Part shown: piece after piece, positions 58,713 through 64,000 of the stretch | Layout of the letters: the number at the start of each line of letters is the position of its first letter | How positions within the stretch are numbered: position 1 is the stretch's first letter | Source of the DNA: an uncultured bacterium | GTDB taxonomy: Bacteria > Patescibacteriota > Minisyncoccia > Phycocordibacterales > GWA1-40-21 | DNA: 64,000 bases | Assembly: GCA_963798465.1 (NCBI GenBank) | Contig: CAWCTC010000001.1 | Coordinates: forward strand, 260,315-324,314 | Reading direction: 5' to 3' | Notes under the pieces: model-generated | What the model saw: the letters and a program-made list of their open reading frames with translations, nothing else | The model's database searches: none | Told to the model about the DNA's origin: nothing | Program-made: the position numbers and the translations under genes

Positions 58713-60144
58713 ATGTCTATTGATTTAAAAAATCTCACAATCAGAAAAGCGCATGAAGCTCTTGTAAAAGGAGATTATTCTGCCGTTGATTTGGCCAAGG
58801 CATATCTTGAACAAATAAAAAAAACAGAAAAAGATATTCACGCGTATCTTGAAGTTTTCGACGATGTGATTGATCAGGCAAAAGTTGCCGACGAAATATT
58901 AAAAAGCGGAAAAGCAACTTTGCTCACAGGTATTCCGATTGCAGTGAAAGATAATATTTTAATCAAAGGAAGAATCGCATCTTCTGCTTCAAAAATTTTG
59001 GAAAATTATAAAGCGACTTATGATGCCACCGTCATTGAAAAATTAAAAAAAGAAGGAGTGGTTTTTATCGGCAGGACAAATATGGATGAATTTGCCATGG
59101 GCGGTTCCACGGAAAATTCTGCATATGGTCCGACAAAAAATCCATTTGATTTGGAAAGAGTTCCGGGCGGTTCTTCGGGCGGTTCGGCAGCAGCTGTCGC
59201 ATCGGATGAAGCTCTTGTCGCACTCGGTTCAGATACCGGAGGTTCAATCCGACAGCCGGCAAGCTTTTGCGGACTTGTCGGACTCAAGCCGACATATGGA
59301 GCGGTTTCAAGATACGGAGTCATGGCCATGGGTTCATCGCTTGACCAGATCGGAACGTTCGGAAAAACTGCCGATGATGCCGAAATACTTTTCAATGCAA
59401 TCAAAGGTAACGACAAAATGGACAGCACGACTTTGCCGGATAAAAAAATTGAAGAAAATTTTTCCGGTAAAGAAATTAAAAATCGGAGTGCCTAGAGATT
59501 TTTTAAATATCGGCGGAATAGATGCGGATGTCGTGAAAAATTTCAAAGAATCCTTGGAAAAATTAAAAAAACTCGGACATGAAATCATAGATATCAAATT
59601 GCCGAATTTGAAATATTCTTTGGCGGTTTATTATGTGATTGTTCCAGCTGAAGTTTCCTCAAACATGGCGCGTTTTGACGGCATGAGATACGGAAAAAGA
59701 GTTTCCGGTGCAAACGGAATAGAAGATTATTTTCTTTCAAGGCAAGCCGGACTTGGCAGGGAAGTTAAAAGAAGAATTATTCTCGGAACTTATGTTTTAT
59801 CGTCAGGATATTACGATGCATATTACAACAAAGCGAATATTGTTCGTGAAATAATTAAAGAAGATTACAAAGTTGCGTTTAAGGATGTGGATATAATCGC
59901 GACCCCGACAGCTCCGAATGTTGCGTTTAAAATCGGCGAGAAAGTCGATGATCCTCTGCAAATGTATCTTGAAGATATTTTTACTGTGCCGATAAATCTT
60001 GCTGGAGTTCCGGGAATTTCTGTTCCATCAGGAATAAAAAAAATCGGCGAAAAGGATTTGCCGATAGGAATTCAGTTTGTTGCTGATCATGGAAGGGAAG
60101 ACAAGCTTTTTGCCATAAGCAAGGATTTCTTGGGAGAAAAATAA
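58713..60144 (+). pseudogene. gatA: Glu/Asp-tRNA amidotransferase subunit A, split by one extra base in an A5 run (possibly an artefact)
   Basis: ORF 58713-59495 carries the amidase signature [27 protein letters not shown] 59086-60144 continues with ..KIGVPRDF... The frames meet at ATTAAAAATCGG (A-run 59478-59482). With A4 the reading is ..[13 protein letters not shown].. Confidence 0.92.
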
Positions 60145-60160
60145 TTTAAGTGATATAATT

Positions 60161-60301
60161 CACCCGTTAAAGTTTTTGCCAATGTTTGTTAAAAATTGTC
60201 TAAATAATTAAAGTCTTAATTTTAACGATTGTGATATAATACAGTTGTATGATAAAGTCGAAACAAACAATTTTTATTGGCAAAAATTTTCTCGGGTAAA
60301 C
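60161..60301 (+). mobile_element. ORF-less derivative of the GIY-YIG cassette, copy 3, abutting the start at 60302
   Basis: CACCCGTTAAAGTTTTTGCCAATG ... GTGATATAAT ... TTATTGGCAAAAATTTTCTCGGGTAAAC-ATG. Colinear with copy 4. Confidence 0.7.
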
Positions 60302-60967
60302 ATGTCTGCTGAATTTAAAAAACCATCATCTAGCGAATCTACTTCATTTTTTAGCGGTTTGGGAGCTTTTGAAATATTCATTGGCGGAGTGATTGTTTTC
60401 GGTCTTATTGTTGAAGCAATCAATCATGCTTCTTATTTTTATAATAAATGGTCGGCTTTTTTTAAGGCAGTGCCTTATTATCTTATAAATGCTTTTGCGA
60501 ACTACGCAGTTTTTGCTTTCTTTTTGTCCATAGTTTTATTCATCCTCCTTATTGTTTATATAATAAGAGAACAGGAAATAAGAAAAAAATTAATGAGCAG
60601 AGTCCTTCCGAAAGGTGGCGAAGTGGAATCAAAGCCGGAAGATTCAGTCATAGAAAATCCAAAATGGAAACTTGTCGAGGATCATATAGATTCTGAAGAT
60701 GCGAATAAATGGAAGCTTGCAATAATCGAAGCCGATATAATTTTGAGCGAACTTTTAGACAGTCTGCATCTGCCTGGAGAAGGTGTTGGTGAAAAATTAA
60801 AAAGCGTGGAACAAAGTGATTTCAATCACATAGAAGAAGCTTGGGAAGCTCACAAAATAAGAAATGCGATTGCTCATCAGGGCTCGGATTTTTTACTTAC
60901 ACAAAGAGAAGCGAAAAGAGTTGTAAGATTATACAAATCTGTTTTTGAAGAATTTGGAATAATTTGA
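60302..60967 (+). CDS. Membrane-anchored hypothetical protein with C-terminal Rx4H-containing helical domain
   Basis: 222 aa from ATG 60302 (the 60245 TTG extension lies inside the repeat element). Three TM segments, then ..WKLAIIEADIILSELL...EEAWEAHKIRNAIAHQG.., which includes R-N-A-I-A-H. Confidence 0.55.
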   Translation: MSAEFKKPSSSESTSFFSGLGAFEIFIGGVIVFGLIVEAINHASYFYNKWSAFFKAVPYYLINAFANYAVFAFFLSIVLFILLIVYIIREQEIRKKLMSRVLPKGGEVESKPEDSVIENPKWKLVEDHIDSEDANKWKLAIIEADIILSELLDSLHLPGEGVGEKLKSVEQSDFNHIEEAWEAHKIRNAIAHQGSDFLLTQREAKRVVRLYKSVFEEFGII

Positions 60968-60987
60968 AAATAAACCAAAAAAAATAA

Positions 60988-61019
60988 AACTGTGCGGCCT
61001 CCTTCGTGGCCGCACAGTT
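60988..61019. terminator. Hairpin AACTGTGCGGCC-N8-GGCCGCACAGTT
   Basis: 12-bp stem 20 nt after the stop. An A-run lies upstream, but there is no clear T-run downstream. Confidence 0.5.
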
Positions 61020-61053
61020 GCATATATGATTTTTTTGTTGTAATATCTATTTT

Positions 61054-61124
61054 AGCGGGGTAGAGTAACAGTAATTCGCGAGGCTCATAACCTTGAGACG
61101 CCCGTGCAAATCGGGCCCCCGCAA
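61054..61124 (+). tRNA. Atypical tRNA (anticodon CAU) with initiator-like features
   Basis: Folds as AGCGGGG-TA-GAGT-AACAGTA-ATTC-G-CGAGG-CTCATAA-CCTTG-AGAC-GCCCG-TGCAAAT-CGGGC-CCCCGCA-A. It has a 1:72 A/A mismatch and an A11:U24 pair. The 7-nt D-loop lacks GG, and the T-loop reads T-G-C instead of T-T-C. Only 71 nt long. Confidence 0.5.
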
Positions 61125-61224
61125 CACGAAAAATAAAAAACCGCCTTTGAGTAGGCGATTTTTTATTTGTTTTTATTCAAAAAAATGTTATATTAATTCG
61201 GCTTTTGTGACAATAGAAAAACAT

Positions 61225-61298
61225 GTCGACGTAGCTCAGTTGGCTAGAGCATAGCACTCATAAAGCTAAGGTCGGTGGTTCGATTCCACCCGTCGACA
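61225..61298 (+). tRNA. tRNA with anticodon CAU (elongator Met or Ile2; not distinguishable by eye)
   Basis: GTCGACG-TA-GCTC-AGTTGGCTA-GAGC-A-TAGCA-CTCATAA-AGCTA-AGGTC-GGTGG-TTCGATT-CCACC-CGTCGAC-A. CCA is not encoded. Followed by a 13-bp hairpin (61301-61329). Confidence 0.85.
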
Positions 61299-61329
61299 CA
61301 ATGACAAAAACTGTTTCAGTTTTTGTCAT

Positions 61330-61444
61330 GTCGACGAGAAAGCAGTTGACTGCTTTCGTGGTGGAATTGAAAGACTTTTCCTTATCGAACGAATTGAGAT
61401 GGAAAAGTACCTGGCGACGTCGTCGCCGATTCCACCCGTCGACA
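61330..61444 (+). ncRNA. tRNA-mimic foldback element X1 (acceptor and T-stem of the preceding tRNA-CAU, no anticodon arm, ~70-nt insert in the T-loop)
   Basis: GTCGACG-A-[GAAAGCAG-TTGA-CTGCTTTC]-GT-GGTGGAATTG-AAA-[GACTTTTCC-19 nt-GGAAAAGTAC]-CT-[GGCGAC-GTC-GTCGCC]-GATTCCACC-CGTCGAC-A. The last 19 nt are identical to the tRNA 3' end. Confidence 0.45.
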
Positions 61445-61501
61445 CATTGCGAAAGATTGTAGAAATATTATTTTTCTGTTATTCTTTCGCTTGTTAATAA
61501 T

Positions 61502-61575
61502 GCGATCGTAGCTCATTTGGTTAGAGCGCTCCCCTGTCACGGGAGAGGTAGTGGGTTCGAATCCCATCGGTCGCG
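61502..61575 (+). tRNA. tRNA-Asp (anticodon GUC)
   Basis: GCGATCG-TA-GCTC-ATTTGGTTA-GAGC-G-CTCCC-CTGTCAC-GGGAG-AGGTA-GTGGG-TTCGAAT-CCCAT-CGGTCGC-G. Confidence 0.9.
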
Positions 61576-61613
61576 CAAAATAAAAAATTGCTGAAAGGCG
61601 ATTTTTATTTTGC

Positions 61614-61762
61614 GCGACCGAAGCAAGCAAACTGCTTTGCTTGCGTTGGGATTCGAACAGCGGAACGATATTTTTTCAGCAGAAAAAATGAGTGAGCTGG
61701 TGCCCAGACTTTTCTGAGCGACGGCGAAGAAAAAGTCGAGGGAGAAATTCCCATCGGTCGCG
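61614..61762 (+). ncRNA. tRNA-mimic foldback element X3 (acceptor/T-stem of tRNA-Asp)
   Basis: GCGACCG-A-[GCAAGCAAA-CTGC-TTTGCTTGC]-GT-TGGGA...[ATTTTTTC-AGCA-GAAAAAAT]...[GACTTTTCT-12 nt-AGAAAAAGTC]...TCCCA-T-CGGTCGC-G. Preceded and followed by the same ~45-nt spacer CAAAATAAAAAATTGCTGAAAGGCGATTTT. Confidence 0.4.
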
Positions 61763-61797
61763 CAAAATAAAAAATTGCTGAAAGGCGATTTTATTAT

Positions 61798-61889
61798 GCG
61801 ACCGATGGGGTTCGAAAGACTTTTCCGTATCGAACGAAGTGAGATGGAAAAGTATCTGCCGATACAGTCGGCGAATCTCATCAATCGCC
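61798..61889 (+). ncRNA. tRNA-mimic foldback element X2
   Basis: GCGACCG-ATGGGGTTCG-AAA-[GACTTTTCC-19 nt-GGAAAAGTAT]-CT-[GCCGA-TACAG-TCGGC]-GAATCTCAT-CAATCGC-C. The core is shared with X1. The small hairpin has a different sequence but keeps its pairing. Confidence 0.4.
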
Positions 61890-62047
61890 AACAGATTACT
61901 ATTATCAACAGACTATTTTTTAACAGCTAGGAACTGCGATTTTTGGGCGTTAAAAATCTATACATAGCAATTATTATTTGTTATAATTTATATGACGTTT
62001 TTGGGAAAGAAAACGGGTTTTTATGTAATCGTTTTTTAATTCAAAAA

Positions 62048-64000
62048 ATGATAGTTCCAATGGATAAAAGAATAAGAAGCCATAAGTTTTTTAATATAAA
62101 AACAACTGTTTTTGCTGTCTTTATTTTGTCTATTTTTTCTTTTGCAGGAATTGCATCTGCCGTACTTTATCCTCCAGGAGCAACTTTAAATCCAACATGT
62201 TTACCAACGGATACAAATTGTGATGTTCAACTGATTACAAATGTTTACACGAACGGTCCGCTTTCTGGCACTGGTGCTTCGACTTCTCCGCTTACTATTT
62301 TACAAGCATCAAGCACGTCCGACGGATATCTTTCTTCAACGGATTGGAATATTTTTAATGATAAGTTGTCGACAACAAGCATGGATGCGTATCTTTCAAC
62401 GACATCTGCAGCGGGAACTTATCTTACGCAAGTGCAAGCTGCATTCACATATGTAACACAACCTTGGGTTTACACAAATTTTCCTACATTTACATATGCA
62501 TCCTCAACTTTTGCAACAATTTCTTCTCTGAATGGATATCTTTCAACCACAACTGCCTCAACAACATATTTGAGTTTAGCTGCGGCAACATCAACTTATG
62601 TTTCTTTCAATTATGCCTCAACAACTTATTTAATGTTATCTTCCGCTTCAGCTGATTATGTTTCCACTTCCACTGCGTCTTCAACATACGCAAAACTAGC
62701 CGGTGCAGTCTTTACAGGAAATATTTCAGCTCTAAATTTCTCAGGAACATCCACAGGAGTAAATACCGGAGATGAATCTTCATCAACAATCAGAACAAAA
62801 TTGGGAAGTGCTTCATCAACAAATGATGGATATCTTTTAGCTTCTGATTGGACAATTTTTAATGACAAAGTTTCTACATCTTCGGCAAACTCTCTTTATG
62901 TAACTTATGATTATGCTTCAACAACATTCCCAAGTTTTGAATATGCATCAAATACTTTTCTTACAATTAATAATGCTATAGCGGATTACATTTCCACTTC
63001 AACTCTTTCATCAACTCTCTCTGCGTATCTTTCTACAACATCGGCAGCCACAGATTATGTTTCAACTTCAACTCTGACAAACAATTATCCATCATTCACA
63101 TATGCATCAGGAACATATTACTTCGCATCAAATCCAAGCGGATATATTTCTTCAACAACAAACGCCCTTACAAACTATCCAACTTATAGTTATGCTTCCT
63201 CAACTTTCGCTTTCACAACTTATGTAAATAATAATTTTCCAACATTCACTTATGCCACAAATACTTTTGCAACAATTTCATCTCTGGGTGCCTATCTTTC
63301 AACAACATCCGCTTCCACTACCTACTTGTCAATCGTAAACGCTGCCAACCAATATCCTTCATTTGCATATGCGTCAAACACTTATGCGACATCAGGATCA
63401 ATCGCAAGTTTTGTAACTTACACATATGGAACTTCCACATATCTTTCACAACTTCAAGCTTCAGCTGATTATCTTTCAACATCAACCGCATCAAGCACAT
63501 ACGCAAAACTTTCAGGTGCAGATTTTACAGGTCCTATATCAGCTTCAAACTTCTCCGGAACTTCAACAGGATCAAACTCAGGAGATGTAACTTTAGTAAA
63601 TAATATAAATGGTCTTACAATTTCAGGTCAAGCTTTGACTCTCGGACTTTCAGGAACATCTGCAACAGGAACTCTTTCATCAACCGATTGGAATACATTC
63701 AACAATAAACTTTCTACATCATCTGCATCATCAACATATCTTTCAATTGCAAATGCAACTTCCAGTTACATGACATTTGGTTACGCTTCATCAACTTACG
63801 CTTCGACAACTTGGGTGAGTGCAACATTCATTCCACTTTCAGCTTCAACTTCACTTTCATATATTCCTCTAGCATCTTCTTCACTTTACTATCTCGCATC
63901 AAATCCTGCAGGATATATTTCTTCAACAACTGCATCACTTACAAATTACCCAACTTACTCATATGCCTCAAGTACTTTTGCATCCACCTCATATGTTCTC
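62048..64000 (+). CDS. Second giant S/T/A-rich tail-fibre-like surface protein (5' part; runs off the window)
   Basis: An open frame from ATG 62048 (or 62060) runs to the window edge. It is absent from the ORF track because it has no stop. Signal-like FAVFILSIFSFAGIASA. It shares GTSTG(V/I)NTGDESSS.IRTKLG.ASSTNDGYL...DW..FN.KVS and the Y-x-S repeats with the gene at 22.3 kb. Confidence 0.8.
   Translation, partial: MIVPMDKRIRSHKFFNIKTTVFAVFILSIFSFAGIASAVLYPPGATLNPTCLPTDTNCDVQLITNVYTNGPLSGTGASTSPLTILQASSTSDGYLSSTDWNIFNDKLSTTSMDAYLSTTSAAGTYLTQVQAAFTYVTQPWVYTNFPTFTYASSTFATISSLNGYLSTTTASTTYLSLAAATSTYVSFNYASTTYLMLSSASADYVSTSTASSTYAKLAGAVFTGNISALNFSGTSTGVNTGDESSSTIRTKLGSASSTNDGYLLASDWTIFNDKVSTSSANSLYVTYDYASTTFPSFEYASNTFLTINNAIADYISTSTLSSTLSAYLSTTSAATDYVSTSTLTNNYPSFTYASGTYYFASNPSGYISSTTNALTNYPTYSYASSTFAFTTYVNNNFPTFTYATNTFATISSLGAYLSTTSASTTYLSIVNAANQYPSFAYASNTYATSGSIASFVTYTYGTSTYLSQLQASADYLSTSTASSTYAKLSGADFTGPISASNFSGTSTGSNSGDVTLVNNINGLTISGQALTLGLSGTSATGTLSSTDWNTFNNKLSTSSASSTYLSIANATSSYMTFGYASSTYASTTWVSATFIPLSASTSLSYIPLASSSLYYLASNPAGYISSTTASLTNYPTYSYASSTFASTSYVL

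Noticed and set aside
61382-61908. Minus-strand ORFs of 71-123 aa across the tRNA region.
   Set aside because: They translate tRNA and tRNA-like sequence (the ..GFEPTTSP.. signature of a T-arm read antisense). The region is explained by RNA genes and repeats.

Overview
This is an AT-rich, gene-dense bacterial chromosome segment read with the standard code (TGA behaves as a stop). All calls were made by eye from the sequence and ORF track, with no BLAST or HMM, and RNA and repeat ends are accurate to a few nt. The gene content looks like a Patescibacteria/CPR (Parcubacteria-like) genome: a minimal housekeeping set, a type IV pilus cluster with no secretin seen, giant Ser/Thr/Ala-rich tail-fibre-like surface proteins, cohesin/dockerin surface proteins, and small GIY-YIG and four-helix-bundle genes.

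Layout:
- 0.1-2.0 kb: rplT-rpmI-infC and a PAP2 phosphatase.
- 2.05-2.57 kb: an IS200/IS605-type element.
- ~3.2-10.97 kb: a co-directional accessory island ending in a large serine recombinase whose 3' end runs into the tmRNA gene. The island carries an AbiL-like ATPase + RloB/Toprim pair and an uncharacterised coupled two-gene module (226 aa + 596 aa with a C-terminal Rx4H HEPN-type motif). This module is my best candidate for an undescribed defence system.
- 10.9-20.9 kb: ssrA, a four-helix-bundle gene, smpB, ftsH, capA-like, tRNA-Ile(UAU), recG, mgtC, murD, tRNA-Ser.
- 21-31 kb: a ~8.7 kb giant surface protein gene with perfect 318-bp tandem repeats.
- 32.5-38.1 kb: one dockerin and three cohesin proteins.
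- 38.2-49.8 kb: comF and pilMNO-B-T-C, pilins and pilD.
- 49.8-61 kb: truncated ABC-F, GNAT, hisS, ligA, cax, gatCA.
- 61.0-61.9 kb: tRNA genes interleaved with tRNA-mimic foldback elements.
- 62.0 kb to the window end: a second giant paralogue, partial.

Cross-cutting observations:
- A GIY-YIG cassette with ~21-bp covarying inverted ends has at least three ORF-less derivatives, each abutting a start codon.
- An ~85-nt structured repeat occurs in three copies with compensatory stem changes.
- A nested-hairpin MITE occurs in two copies.
- There is a family of GGGCGGCC hairpin terminators.
- Six frame breaks, in murD, recG, ftsH, gatA and the giant gene (two breaks), all need exactly one base removed.
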